In this document: positions 41,260 through 51,847 of the stretch, in pieces
Layout of the letters: the number at the start of each line of letters is the position of its first letter
Position numbering within the stretch: the stretch's first letter is position 1
NCBI GenBank assembly: GCA_963845065.1
Contig: CAWJQQ010000001.1
Location: 512,001 to 576,000 of the forward strand
Reading direction: 5' to 3'
From: Nitrospirota bacterium
GTDB lineage: Bacteria > Nitrospirota > UBA9217
Length of the DNA: 64,000 nucleotides
The notes under the pieces: generated by a model
What the model was told of the DNA's origin: nothing
The model's input: the letters and a program-made list of their open reading frames with translations, nothing else
The model's database searches: none
Program-made: the position numbers and the translations under genes

Positions 41260-42012
41260 ATGCTTTCCAGCATGATCGAGATCACAAATCTGTCAGTCAG
41301 CGTTGATGGGAAAAGGATACTCAATGATGTGAACCTAAACATCGGGCAGGGGGAAACCATTGTCTTATTTGGCCCGAACGGTTCCGGAAAGACCTCTCTT
41401 CTGAAGACGATCATGGGAATCCCACAATACAGGGTAGAATCAGGGAGCATCGTCTTCAAGGGTGAGGACATCACGAAGCGCAGCATAGACGAGCGAGCGA
41501 GGCTCGGTATCGGCATGGTATTTCAGAATCCTCCGGCAGTACGGGGGGTGAGGCTTAAAGAGATACTGCGTATCTGCATGGGGAAGAGGGGTTCGTATAA
41601 AGAAGAAAAGATCAATGAGGACGCAGACAAATTGAATTTCACCGAATTTTTGGACAGAGACATCAATTTGGGTTTTTCCGGCGGAGAAATTAAACGGTCC
41701 GAACTTCTTCAACTTCTAGCGCAAAACCCCGAGTTCATTATGTTTGATGAACCTGATTCGGGTGTGGATCTAGTTAATATCAATCTGGTGGGCAAGGTTA
41801 TAAATGAATTGATCGAGAAAGATAAAAGGGCAGTCAAGAGAACAAAGGGGGGACTAATCATAACGCATGCCGGTTACATTCTGGATTATGTCAATGCCGA
41901 CAGGGCATACGTTATGCTGAACAGCACTGTGAGCTGTTCCGGGAACTCGCGAGACATTCTTGAGGACATAAGGGCTAAAGGGTATGAGGAGTGCGTAAGA
42001 TGTCGAAGGTAA
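41260..42012 (+). CDS. sufC: Fe-S assembly ATPase SufC-like
   Basis: GPNGSGKT, FSGGEIKRSE, FDEPDSGVD, ITH; C-terminal CxxC. Confidence 0.9.
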   Translation: MLSSMIEITNLSVSVDGKRILNDVNLNIGQGETIVLFGPNGSGKTSLLKTIMGIPQYRVESGSIVFKGEDITKRSIDERARLGIGMVFQNPPAVRGVRLKEILRICMGKRGSYKEEKINEDADKLNFTEFLDRDINLGFSGGEIKRSELLQLLAQNPEFIMFDEPDSGVDLVNINLVGKVINELIEKDKRAVKRTKGGLIITHAGYILDYVNADRAYVMLNSTVSCSGNSRDILEDIRAKGYEECVRCRR

Positions 42013-43226
42013 CTATTGAGGAAAAAGCAAGAGATGCAGAGAAGAAATCTGCTGCCATCGGCCCGGATATCGATCTCACCGCATATTCCGGACAGGCCGA
42101 AAAACATGGCGAAATTCAAAGATTGACAGGACTGGCCGATGAGGTAAAAGAGCGGTCTGCCACCGTCGGCATTGATGCGGAGGAGATATGCAGGGCGGGG
42201 TCATTTTTTCAGATGGACAATTCAGTCATACTCTCTTCGGCCTATCTAGCTGGCCTTGAAGTAATGAACACCACAGAGGCGCTCAAAAAATATGAGTGGC
42301 TCAAGGACTACTGGTGGAAAGCCGTGCAGGTGGATGATGACAAATATACTGCCCAGGCCGAGTTGAAACAGCACAATGGCTACTTTTTGCGTGCCCTGCC
42401 CGGGTCGAAGGCGGAATTTCCCCTGCAGGCCTGCCTATATATGACGCGGGAAGGCATGGCCCAGAACGTACACAATGTAATCATCGCCGAAGAGGGCTCA
42501 GAGCTCAATGTCATCACCGGCTGCACAACTGCTCAGAACGTGAGGTCGGGGCTCCATGTCGGTGTCTCCGAGTTTTACGTGAAGAAGAACGCAAAGGTCA
42601 CCTTTACCATGATCCATAGCTGGGCAGAGGACGTGGTAGTGAGACCTAGGACCGGCACAATCGTGGAAGAAAACGGCGTTTTCATGAGCAACTATATATG
42701 CATGAGACCGGTAAAGACCCTCCAGATGTATCCAGTCACATACTGTATTGGCGAGAACGCTACGGTTCGGTACAATACCATTCTCTGCGCGCCAGAGGGA
42801 TCGAGTATGGATGTGGGCTCAAAGGTCTTCCTAAGAGCGAAGGGAAGCAGGGCGGAGGTGGTTGCAAGGGCTATCACGAAGGGTGGCGCCATCGTCACAA
42901 GGGGGAACTTGATCGGCGAGGTCCCCGGAATCAAAGCTCATCTAGAATGCCGGGGGCTCATCCTCTCCGAACGAGGCTCGATTCTCGCCATCCCCCAGCT
43001 CGACGGCAGAGTGAGTGGCGTTGATATGTCACACGAGGCTGCTGTCGGAAAGATCGCAGAGGAAGAGATCCAGTATCTCATGGCGCGGGGACTAACCGAC
43101 GAAGAGGCGACAGCCGCCATTGTCAGGGGTTTTTTGGACATTGAGATAAAGGGACTCCCGGAGCACCTCAAAGAAGAGATAAAAAAGGCGGTCGAGATGG
43201 GAGAAAAAGAGGAACGACTTTTGTGA
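42000..43226 (+). CDS. sufB: Fe-S scaffold SufB/SufBD-like protein
   Basis: PLQAC, HNVIIAEEGS..ITGC, HLECRGL, SHEAAVGKI..YLMARG. Confidence 0.9.
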   Translation: MSKVTIEEKARDAEKKSAAIGPDIDLTAYSGQAEKHGEIQRLTGLADEVKERSATVGIDAEEICRAGSFFQMDNSVILSSAYLAGLEVMNTTEALKKYEWLKDYWWKAVQVDDDKYTAQAELKQHNGYFLRALPGSKAEFPLQACLYMTREGMAQNVHNVIIAEEGSELNVITGCTTAQNVRSGLHVGVSEFYVKKNAKVTFTMIHSWAEDVVVRPRTGTIVEENGVFMSNYICMRPVKTLQMYPVTYCIGENATVRYNTILCAPEGSSMDVGSKVFLRAKGSRAEVVARAITKGGAIVTRGNLIGEVPGIKAHLECRGLILSERGSILAIPQLDGRVSGVDMSHEAAVGKIAEEEIQYLMARGLTDEEATAAIVRGFLDIEIKGLPEHLKEEIKKAVEMGEKEERLL

Positions 43227-43297
43227 AGGAGAGAAGAACGAAAGGTTTCCCACTTTGGACAGGATAGGGATGTGTTTGTATCTTTTATGGTAACAAT

Positions 43298-44571
43298 CAT
43301 CGCTGTCCGGTTAAAACAGCGCCCCTTGTATGGGCTCATCTTGTACAGCTAAAATCCGTTCAGGCTTCAGTGTTAGAATGTCGATAAGGTTCTTTCGTTC
43401 AAATAGCGTTTCCCTGATAACGCGACTCAGCGTCAATAAGGATTTCGCATACTTCGTCTGATATTTGATATATGTGAGCAGCAAGTAATAGCTCATCGCC
43501 ACCCAGATTTGCGTCATAACGGCATTTTTGCTGGTCCCGAGGAATGATTTGATCTTCAGGTTCTGCTTGATCCATTTGAAGAACAGCTCAATCTGCCAAC
43601 GGGACTTATAGATGGCCGCTATCGTTGAGGCTGCAAGCTTCATATTGTTGGTGAGGAATGTAAGGTGCTTCTTGGTTTCCTCATCATAGAACTCGATCAT
43701 TCGAAGTTCTTTGGGATAATAGTTCTTTGTACGGGTTCCGGTTAGGAGAATCATCTGGTCTTTCAGGACCCCTTTTCCGGTAACCGCATGCTGTCCGGTT
43801 ACGACACAATTGATATTGGACTTGGCGCGGGTAACGAACCAGACGCGCTTTTCATCCAGTGATTTCAGCCATTTGTAGTCGATATACGCCCGATCTATGG
43901 AAACGATGCTGTCCGGGGAGAGTGGGAAACCGGTTTCTTTAGCCACCTTAACATCATGTTTCTTACCATCGGTGATCGTTACAAACGACGGCAGTGCCCC
44001 TGAGTGGTCATAGAGGCAATGCATTTTAATCGCCCCCTTGGTCTTTCGGAACTTAGCCCAAGGAAAGACCGAGAGGCAAAGATCGATAACTGAAGCATCG
44101 ATAGAATACAACTCATTTTTGAACTTGAACCGATGTTTCGGCGTCAAGTCCTTGCAGCGAGAGAGAAGATGATAAAACAGATCTTCAAATATTTGAAAAC
44201 TTCGTTTGTTGTTGGCATCCGAGAAGGTGCTCCGATGAACGCCGGTAAGCCCCAGGTGATACCATCGGGACTCGTTAGCCTCCAGTCCCGTTACGATGTC
44301 CCGGATGCTGTCTTTTTGCTTGACCTGGGAGAACAGGATCGTGATATACTGTTGCCAGGTCGTATACGACTTTACGTATCGATCTCCCTGATACTGATTT
44401 ACGGCTTTTTCGAATTGATATCTCGGTACAAGTTTCAGCAGTTCTCCGAAGATGGTTTCCAACTTGCGCATGGCTTGTTCCTCCTTGCTGGAATAGGGTT
44501 CTCGCAAATCCTATTATCCAACAAACGAGGTATTCAGGCCATGCCTTTTTAATTTTAACCGGACGTTAATG
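43298..44571 (-). mobile_element. IS4-family element (complete)
   Basis: TIRs CATCGCTGTCCGGTTAAAA and CATTAACGTCCGGTTAAAA; 9-bp TSD GGTAACAAT. Confidence 0.93.
43311..44471 (-). CDS. IS4-family transposase (DUF4372 plus DDE)
   Basis: SIDAS, DRAY, YKSRWQIELFFKWIKQ (YREK motif). Confidence 0.93.
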   Translation of the reverse strand: MRKLETIFGELLKLVPRYQFEKAVNQYQGDRYVKSYTTWQQYITILFSQVKQKDSIRDIVTGLEANESRWYHLGLTGVHRSTFSDANNKRSFQIFEDLFYHLLSRCKDLTPKHRFKFKNELYSIDASVIDLCLSVFPWAKFRKTKGAIKMHCLYDHSGALPSFVTITDGKKHDVKVAKETGFPLSPDSIVSIDRAYIDYKWLKSLDEKRVWFVTRAKSNINCVVTGQHAVTGKGVLKDQMILLTGTRTKNYYPKELRMIEFYDEETKKHLTFLTNNMKLAASTIAAIYKSRWQIELFFKWIKQNLKIKSFLGTSKNAVMTQIWVAMSYYLLLTYIKYQTKYAKSLLTLSRVIRETLFERKNLIDILTLKPERILAVQDEPIQGALF

Positions 44572-44782
44572 GGTAACAATATCAAAGCAGGCTACGATTG
44601 CCATTTGGCCGTACCTCACCTGGAGATTGATCCGATCGACTGCTGTTTGCTGGCTGAACTTTCGAGTCGGGTTCATCGTCTGAATGGCGAGATCCCCTGT
44701 GAGGCCCGATTTATCGTCTCAACGCGGATTCCTCATTTTACTCTTATCTTGTCACATAAATTTTTTTCTAGATGAGAAAAAC

Positions 44783-45712
44783 TTATTTTCCGGAGTGTAC
44801 AATGATAACCGGAATTACGGCGTTTAAAATTGTCTCCCGGGCAGTGCTCCCGAAAAAAGCATTGAGTAAAGAGTTTCTGCCGTGTGTCCCCATGACTACG
44901 ATAGAATAGCCGCTTTCGCATTCCTGATATGCTGCACGCGAGGAAGTTATCGACTTCTCTTCGACCTTGTAGTCACACGGTACGCCGTGTTTCTGAAAGA
45001 AATTGGTTTTGCGTCTCATGGCATCAAGAGCAACATCCCGTAACTCGCCGATAATTTCATCGATATTAAATGCGGCCATCCCGGAGCATGCCGTGTTAAT
45101 TATAATTGCATTGATTCTATCCCACAGGCAATGAAACAAGGTAACTTTCGCTCCCATGCGTTTTGCAAGAGAGAGAGCATATTGTTCGGCTGCCCGGCAG
45201 TTTTTCTCGAGATTAGACAGCACGAGTATTTTATGTTGCTTCTGACCGGAGATATCCCAGTCCATTTCCTTAACTACGGGGCCGATTACCATTACAGGTC
45301 GCTTGGAGTGACGGATCACTTCTTCCGCGACACTGCCTATGAGCAAACGTTTCACTCCTTTCCGGCCTTGTGTTCCCACAACAACAAGCTCCGGGGATGA
45401 CCTGGAATGTAATATCCTCAAAATCTGTTCAGCCGGAGAACCGGTTTTTAAGGAACAGCAAACCGGTACGGTAAATTGACTGCCAATCTGCTCGAGTCTT
45501 TCCTCATGCGTAGAGTGCCGTGCCAGGAACTGAAATGCACTAAGTTTGCCAGATGCATAAGCTTTTAGATCTTCCACATAAAGTAAATCGATGCCGGTTT
45601 TGAATCGTTGGGCAAAGAAAGATGCAGCGTTCCATATTGCTTGCGAACGCCTTTTACCGGAGTCGGTCTGATTTTCAATGTCGTCAGCAACTAAAATCGA
45701 ACGTTGTGGCAT
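44783..45712 (-). CDS. Universal stress protein (tandem USP)
   Basis: Two copies of the VVGT.GR..GS.A motif. Confidence 0.9.
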   Translation of the reverse strand: MPQRSILVADDIENQTDSGKRRSQAIWNAASFFAQRFKTGIDLLYVEDLKAYASGKLSAFQFLARHSTHEERLEQIGSQFTVPVCCSLKTGSPAEQILRILHSRSSPELVVVGTQGRKGVKRLLIGSVAEEVIRHSKRPVMVIGPVVKEMDWDISGQKQHKILVLSNLEKNCRAAEQYALSLAKRMGAKVTLFHCLWDRINAIIINTACSGMAAFNIDEIIGELRDVALDAMRRKTNFFQKHGVPCDYKVEEKSITSSRAAYQECESGYSIVVMGTHGRNSLLNAFFGSTARETILNAVIPVIIVHSGK

Positions 45713-45803
45713 TCTCCACTCCTACTAATGGGTATCGCTAGCTCTATGGGGGACAATGGCAGATCTCATGATGACAGTCGACGGATATTCTGATTATGAG
45801 TTT

Positions 45804-47225
45804 TCAATTCGAATATTTCCTTCTGATATCATCAACAAGCACTGAGCGCAGATCCATCACTCTATTGCTTATCCCGACCTTGTAGATGTGGGGGTTCTCA
45901 AAACGCTTATGTTCTTCAGGCAACTGCCGTAGCCGCGCCTGAACATAGGCAGCAATCTGTTCAGGTTTTTCTCCATCTATAATTATTCTCCCTTTATCCA
46001 TGACCTTTTGCAACAATCTCTCTTTTTTATAAACGCTTACCAAGCTGCTTTTTTCGGGCTGATGCGGATGGTAAATGACATCGATATTGTCTTCATCGTC
46101 CAGTGCAATACAATCAGCATAAAACTGTCCGTTTTCATCCGTACACCTGAATACATTTTTGCGGCCGGGGAGGATTATTTTTTCGGGATTCTCCGATATT
46201 TTCAACCTTGGTTTATTATTGCTCATCGAGAGTTTATAAACGCCGTCAAGTGCGCCGTCAGCATGACCCGTAACAAGACTTGTGCCAACGCCGAAAGCAT
46301 CAATAGGAGATCCCTGTTCCAGCAGGCTTTTTATGACATATTCGTCCAGTTTGTTTGAGGCAACAATTCTGACATATGGCAGTCCTGCTTCATCGAGCAT
46401 CTCTCGGGCTTTTTTGCTGAGATAAGCGAGGTCGCCGCTGTCAATTCGCACGCCGAATAATCTGTCTCCGCGTGACTCCATCTCTCTGGCAACCATTATT
46501 GCGTTAGGCATACCGGACCTCAGCGTATTGTAAGTATCAACGAGCAAAACGCATCTCCCAGGAAATGCCTTTGCAAAATCTCTGAATGCGGATATTTCGT
46601 CGTCATACGCCTGGACCCATGAATGCGCCTGGGTACCCGTGGATGTGAGGCCGAACAGGAACGCGCTATAAAGGTTAGATGTACTGTTCGCGCCGCCGAG
46701 TACCGCGGCCTTGCTCGCAAGAATTCCACCGAGCCCATGCGCCCGACGTAGTCCAAAATCGATTACAAGTTTGTCACCGGCGGCACGCCTTATCCGCGCA
46801 GCTTTTGTGGCTATAAGCGTCTCAAAATTCAATATATTCAAAACCAATGTCTCTATGATCTGGGACTCAATAATATTCCCTTCCACGCGAACAACAGGTT
46901 CGAAAGGGAAAACAACCTCACCCTCCTTAGGAGCGTATATATCGGCCCTGAACTCGAATTTTTTGAGAAAACCAACAAACTCCGGAGCAAAACCGATAGA
47001 CTTCAGAAAGTTGCAGTCTTCGTCGTCATACCGGAGACCTACGAGAATTTCGAGCAGATCCCAGAGTCCCGTGAAAATCGCATACCCGCCGCAAAAGGGA
47101 TTTTTTCTGAAGAAATAATCGAAGCAGGCAGGAATATCTTTCATGTTGTTCAAAAAGTATCCTTGGGCCATAGTGAGTTCATAGTGATCAGTGTAAAGAC
47201 CTGCATGTTTTTCTAATAAGCTCAT
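45804..47225 (-). CDS. pncB: Nicotinate phosphoribosyltransferase
   Basis: TDHYELTM, DFGLRRAH, GTQAHSW, LVDTY, RIDSGDL, FGVGT, GVYKL. Confidence 0.93.
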   Translation of the reverse strand: MSLLEKHAGLYTDHYELTMAQGYFLNNMKDIPACFDYFFRKNPFCGGYAIFTGLWDLLEILVGLRYDDEDCNFLKSIGFAPEFVGFLKKFEFRADIYAPKEGEVVFPFEPVVRVEGNIIESQIIETLVLNILNFETLIATKAARIRRAAGDKLVIDFGLRRAHGLGGILASKAAVLGGANSTSNLYSAFLFGLTSTGTQAHSWVQAYDDEISAFRDFAKAFPGRCVLLVDTYNTLRSGMPNAIMVAREMESRGDRLFGVRIDSGDLAYLSKKAREMLDEAGLPYVRIVASNKLDEYVIKSLLEQGSPIDAFGVGTSLVTGHADGALDGVYKLSMSNNKPRLKISENPEKIILPGRKNVFRCTDENGQFYADCIALDDEDNIDVIYHPHQPEKSSLVSVYKKERLLQKVMDKGRIIIDGEKPEQIAAYVQARLRQLPEEHKRFENPHIYKVGISNRVMDLRSVLVDDIRRKYSN

Positions 47226-47980
47226 AACCTCTGGCTCCTGATAAAAAATTGATTAAATGGCTCTTAAAAAATTCAGAAAAGTCTGTTATGTCATTTGGTC
47301 CATCGTTTTGCCGTTCCGAACGAATGTGAGGAATCTTATCCTCCATACTTGGGATAATTTACACGAGAAATCTTGGCTTTCTATACTGTCGTAAGGACTG
47401 CCTCACGCGCATTGCCCTATCCGCCGATGTTTTTACTGTCGTAGAGCGGCAAAGGCGACAGTATCCCTTCGAGTGCCGAACCCGGTAAGAGATTACTTTC
47501 GACAACGATTGTGCCAGGGGCGAAGGCTGATGCAAAGATGACCGACAAAAAGAACATAACAGGACTGAATGTGAGAGCTTCATAGGTACCACCTTGTGTC
47601 TCTGCCCAATTGGTATAATATTATTGTAGCACCGTCTCACCGTGATCCCTGTAATCATATGACAATTTCCAATAGTTTTTTTGTTTTACTATATAATTAA
47701 GGTGACATAAAGTAGATTCCAGTTACGTATAAGACTTTGCATTACTTTGTAGCTCCGTGATCTAAAGTTTTGTATGCACATTGAGCACAGAAGTTAATAC
47801 AGGCCGCAAGAGTGAGGAGCATCCTGGCACGTTTATCCTCCGGTGACTCCGCATCGATATTGTAGAGCATCTGGATCATTGGATCGAGAAAGGGTTCAAG
47901 GCAGGATGCAAAAGCGATACTTCGGGTGAAAGAAGCGACGGGATTACTCACTTGATATATTACGACGAGGATATCCTAGA

Positions 47981-48676
47981 ATGGTATCACGCTATATGGC
48001 ATCGACGGAGTCTGTACAGGCGCTCATCAGGCAGCAACAGGGAAGGTTTTCTGCCGAACTCGGCATCGATCTTTCTGCGAAGCGCTCCCGAGAGATCTTT
48101 AAGTGGTTCCTTGCGTCCGTTCTCTTCGGCGCGAGGATATCCGATACCATCGTGAAAAAGACCTTCGGAGAGTTTGCTTCTCAGGAAGTCGTTTCTCCAA
48201 AAGCCATTCTCGATACCGGGTGGGATGGACTCGTCACAATCCTAGACGAAGGCGGCTATGTGCGTTACGACTTCAAGACTGCGACCAAGTTGTTGGATAT
48301 GTGCAAGGCGCTGACGGAGAACTACCACGCTGACTTGACGAATCTCCATAGCTCTGCAGTCGATCCGCGCGACCTCGAACAGAGGCTCAAGTCGCTCGCA
48401 AAGGGCATCGGCGACATGACCGTGAACATCTTCCTTCGGGAGATGCGGGGTGTCTGGAAAAAGGCAGATAGTCTTCCTTCAGATCTGGTAGTTATGGCGG
48501 CAAAAGACAGGGGCATTATCCCAAAGTCCGTGATGGACAAGAGAAAGGTCCTTGAGCTTCTGATGGATGCGTGGGAAAATGCAGGCATGCGGGCAATGGG
48601 CTTTCCTGACTTTGAGGCGGCCCTTGTGAGGGAGGGAATAAAAATGCGGAGGGAAAAAGCTCGTACCGGGAAATGA
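47981..48676 (+). CDS. HhH-GPD/endonuclease III-related protein
   Basis: FKWFLASVLFGARIS, GGYVRYD, HhH motif KGIGDMTVNIFLRE; start may be 47996. Confidence 0.75.
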   Translation: MVSRYMASTESVQALIRQQQGRFSAELGIDLSAKRSREIFKWFLASVLFGARISDTIVKKTFGEFASQEVVSPKAILDTGWDGLVTILDEGGYVRYDFKTATKLLDMCKALTENYHADLTNLHSSAVDPRDLEQRLKSLAKGIGDMTVNIFLREMRGVWKKADSLPSDLVVMAAKDRGIIPKSVMDKRKVLELLMDAWENAGMRAMGFPDFEAALVREGIKMRREKARTGK

Positions 48677-48719
48677 TCGTACCAAGGCATAACATTCATC
48701 GTTCCTCAGGCGGGGCGAT

Positions 48720-49922
48720 CTAGCATATCGGGTATTTCCCCGTGCTCAATTCAAGGCAAAACTGGTTTATATTCGAAAACTTGGAATCGAAGATTTTCTC
48801 AGCCGTTTTGATGATCTCACGAACCTTTCTCCCACCTTCAAGCAAAATTTGCGCTGTGGCCACTTGTGGTCTGTCGATCGGCGTTCCGATCCTGCTAAGC
48901 AAGAGCACGTAAACCTCCCTTACGCCTTCGATATTCTCATAGAGGTCTTTTGCAATCTTGTGTGAGAGAACGCTATAAATCTTACCCACGTGGCTAACAG
49001 GGTTCTTGCCCGCAGCGGCCTCGGTCCCCATCGGTCTGTTCATGGAAATGAGGCCGTTCACTCGGTTGCCGCGGCCCACCTGCCCCGAATCTGCGTCCTC
49101 GGCAGACGTTCCGAGGATACTCAGATACACTCCGCCTAACCCTCTGCCGGTCGTATCAAGCGTGTTGAAGTGAATGCTAATATATTTAAAATCCTGAGAC
49201 CTCTCGACAAACTCCTGCATTTCCTTATGGAGGACACCTTTCTGTTCGAAATAATCCTGCTCGGATTTGACGTATTTACAGACAAGCGGCATGGCCACGG
49301 TGAGGTCTAAGTTGTCTTCCATACGTAGGCCCATGACTTTGATATCTTCCCCGGTCTCCGGGTGCTTTTTCTTGAATGGTTTGGAATTCAGATAACGCTC
49401 TAACTCGAGAACAATCCGTTCTGTAGGGCTCAGGGGATAATACCCTACTGCGGCAGAAGTATCGTTCGCACTCTTGATGGTGCCGAAACGAGAAAAAATG
49501 TCCGTTAGTTCGTCTGACCCGGGCGCAAGTACAATACGATATTTTAGGTGCTTCTCCGGATCTATATACCGCATGTTTTTTTTGAGCCACTTCTTCGCTG
49601 CGTCCACGGCGATCTCTGCTACGGGAATTTTCTTCCCTCCGGCGGAGAATGTGGCCCGGTCACCGATGATGAGTTCCATGGGCTTCAGCACTTTTCCACC
49701 GCCGAACCTCTTCTCCGTACGACCTGCCGCGAGCAACCCTTTATCTATATTGTGGTGAAGGATCGTCCCGAATTCCCTCATGTATTCTCTTGAAAGAGCT
49801 ATCGATATGGCTTCCATCATAGAATCACAGAGATAGTCGGGGTGGCCCGTCCCCTTGCGTTCGACGATCTCGACCCGCTGGTCGATGACAGATTTTCCCC
49901 TAAAAGGCTCGATAACAATCAT
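48720..49922 (-). CDS. mat: Archaeal-type S-adenosylmethionine synthetase
   Basis: EIVERKG.GHPD, LHHNIDK, ANDTS, GEDIKVMG, DSGQVGRGNR.NG, AGKNPVSHVGKIY. Confidence 0.92.
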   Translation of the reverse strand: MIVIEPFRGKSVIDQRVEIVERKGTGHPDYLCDSMMEAISIALSREYMREFGTILHHNIDKGLLAAGRTEKRFGGGKVLKPMELIIGDRATFSAGGKKIPVAEIAVDAAKKWLKKNMRYIDPEKHLKYRIVLAPGSDELTDIFSRFGTIKSANDTSAAVGYYPLSPTERIVLELERYLNSKPFKKKHPETGEDIKVMGLRMEDNLDLTVAMPLVCKYVKSEQDYFEQKGVLHKEMQEFVERSQDFKYISIHFNTLDTTGRGLGGVYLSILGTSAEDADSGQVGRGNRVNGLISMNRPMGTEAAAGKNPVSHVGKIYSVLSHKIAKDLYENIEGVREVYVLLLSRIGTPIDRPQVATAQILLEGGRKVREIIKTAEKIFDSKFSNINQFCLELSTGKYPIC

Positions 49923-49994
49923 AGAGATAGTTTAGCAGAAATCGTCGGGCCTTTGTCTGCGTGGAGCATCTCTTTATAATTTATTTATCTCAAT

Positions 49995-50575
49995 GCGCCT
50001 TATATCCCCGGCCGTGAGGCCGGGGATATAAGGCGCTGGTTGTGAAGAAAACAAAGAATTGCTATTTTCACGATACAATGACAGTTGTTCACCTTCCTGA
50101 TATAATTACCACCATGACTGATCGAGCAAAAGAGCCCGATATACAAACAATGACTGTCGTTGGTAAAGCATTGGTAACAGACGACAGCACAGCTCTGTCC
50201 CTCGGGCTACTTGGTTTTTCCGCAACGAAGCTTTGGAGCACCGCTGTGTGGCTTACCAGGAACGTCTGGATGGCCACGGGGAAAATACTCACCTACCCCG
50301 GGCTTGATATCGCTCTTAAACAAGAGCATCCGCTCTGGTATCACCGGCTGCACTCCCAGAGCTCTCAGGCAATCCTGGAAGAGCTTCGGCAGTCCTATCA
50401 ATCATGGTTTGCGCTCCGTAATAAAGGAGATAGGAAAGCCAATCCCCCTGGTTTCAGAAAAACTGATCTGTCAACGGTGACATTCAAACAAAGCGCCGTA
50501 ACATGGAACGCTCGTACATCGACGGTGCGCCTCAGCATCCCGAAGGACATCTACGGATGGGCGTGGATTATATAG
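49995..50575 (+). mobile_element. tnpB: Truncated IS200/IS605-family element: end hairpin plus TnpB N-terminal fragment
   Basis: Perfect 19-bp stem at 49995-50036; KLWS..WYHRLHSQSSQAILEEL..SWFAL..PPGFRK; RuvC domain absent. Confidence 0.75.
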
Positions 50576-50626
50576 TTCTGCCCTCAGCCCGGAAAGGAAT
50601 CCGCTAAGCAGATTTGACAATTACCG

Positions 50627-50995
50627 CTAGGCCGAAGACTTTGTTTTCCTAAAAGCCATCGTATAAATCCACATATTGACGATGATAAGAACGATGGTCG
50701 ATACGAAGATGATCGCGGGCGAGATATCGACATAAACAAGCCGTTCTGCGTAGTGGGCTATAAACGAGCCGGGATAAACCTGTGCCGTGCCCTGTTTTTC
50801 TCTGAGCCAGACCTCAAGGTGTGTGAGAGGGCAGTACCAGCCCAAAATCTGGCTGGTAACTGCGAAGATAAGCCCCGTCCCCTGGACCAAAATCACCACA
50901 CCGTTCTTTCTACCCCAGTAAGCACCGCCAATTAGAAAAAGTATCCAGAGAAGATGAACAAGGATGATGATGTCTGCAAGGACTCGGAAAAGCAT
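50627..50995 (-). CDS. DUF2784-family membrane protein
   Basis: LADIIILVHLLWILF..GWYCPLTHLEVWLR..SFIAHY. Confidence 0.8.
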   Translation of the reverse strand: MLFRVLADIIILVHLLWILFLIGGAYWGRKNGVVILVQGTGLIFAVTSQILGWYCPLTHLEVWLREKQGTAQVYPGSFIAHYAERLVYVDISPAIIFVSTIVLIIVNMWIYTMAFRKTKSSA

Positions 50996-51847
50996 AAAAT
51001 GTTCGCCCTTCTGATGCCATTCATCCCCTCGTCTTTTCCCCGATAAGAAGCGTGTTGGGATGAGGGGGATAGTCTGTGAATATATAAACAATCATTTTTG
51101 TTTATATTAGTTTATCATGGCAAAGCCTCGTGTCGTTATTTTATAAAATCTATTTAGACCTGTTAATACAAGAAAGGATCGGCAAACCGCAAATTGTCGT
51201 GATATGCCGATGCACAAACAAGTGCAATAAAAAACGTTGTACAATGAGTTTTTTTTGCTATAGCATATGCCACATAAATAACAATTGAGAACAGCCGATT
51301 GTTGAATATGGAAGATTAGCCTGGGTTTTGGTGCAGAGGTAAAGAGAGTATATGCGCCTCGATGCGAGTTGCGGTGTGCAAGCCCTTACGTGTTGCAGAG
51401 AGGGAAGCCTGAAGCATCTGCTGAGGCAAAAAAGTTTTGGCCCAACCTCATGTAGGCTCAAAACCCGGGTAATTTTTTCTCGTCTTCGGACGTTTCTATC
51501 ATCTACTATTCAAATCTTCGTCATACACTTCAGGTATCAGGCATTTTGAATTATCTCTTTGTCGTTTGTCCTCCCTGAAATATCGACACCGAAGCGCCGT
51601 GAAATTTTATACTTTAATATCTTCTATAGTGACATGGTCAATTCCCAATTTTATTTTCTCTCTATCGCGGCAATCACTCAAGACAGTATCTCTCTCCTTG
51701 TTCATAAGAAAGTTGCAGAGTATGTCCGAATAGTTTGGGGCGGAGTAAGCGGAAAAGATGCTCTCTTGGTACGGCCAGTATAGGAAAAGGCCGTGGAATA
51801 CTATTCCCCGGCCTTGAAATTTTTTTCGCGCCTCAGCGGTTCAACGG

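Noticed and set aside
51178..51215. GGCAAACC resembling a GEMM riboswitch start
   Set aside because: The downstream GACGCAAAGC core and second stem are missing
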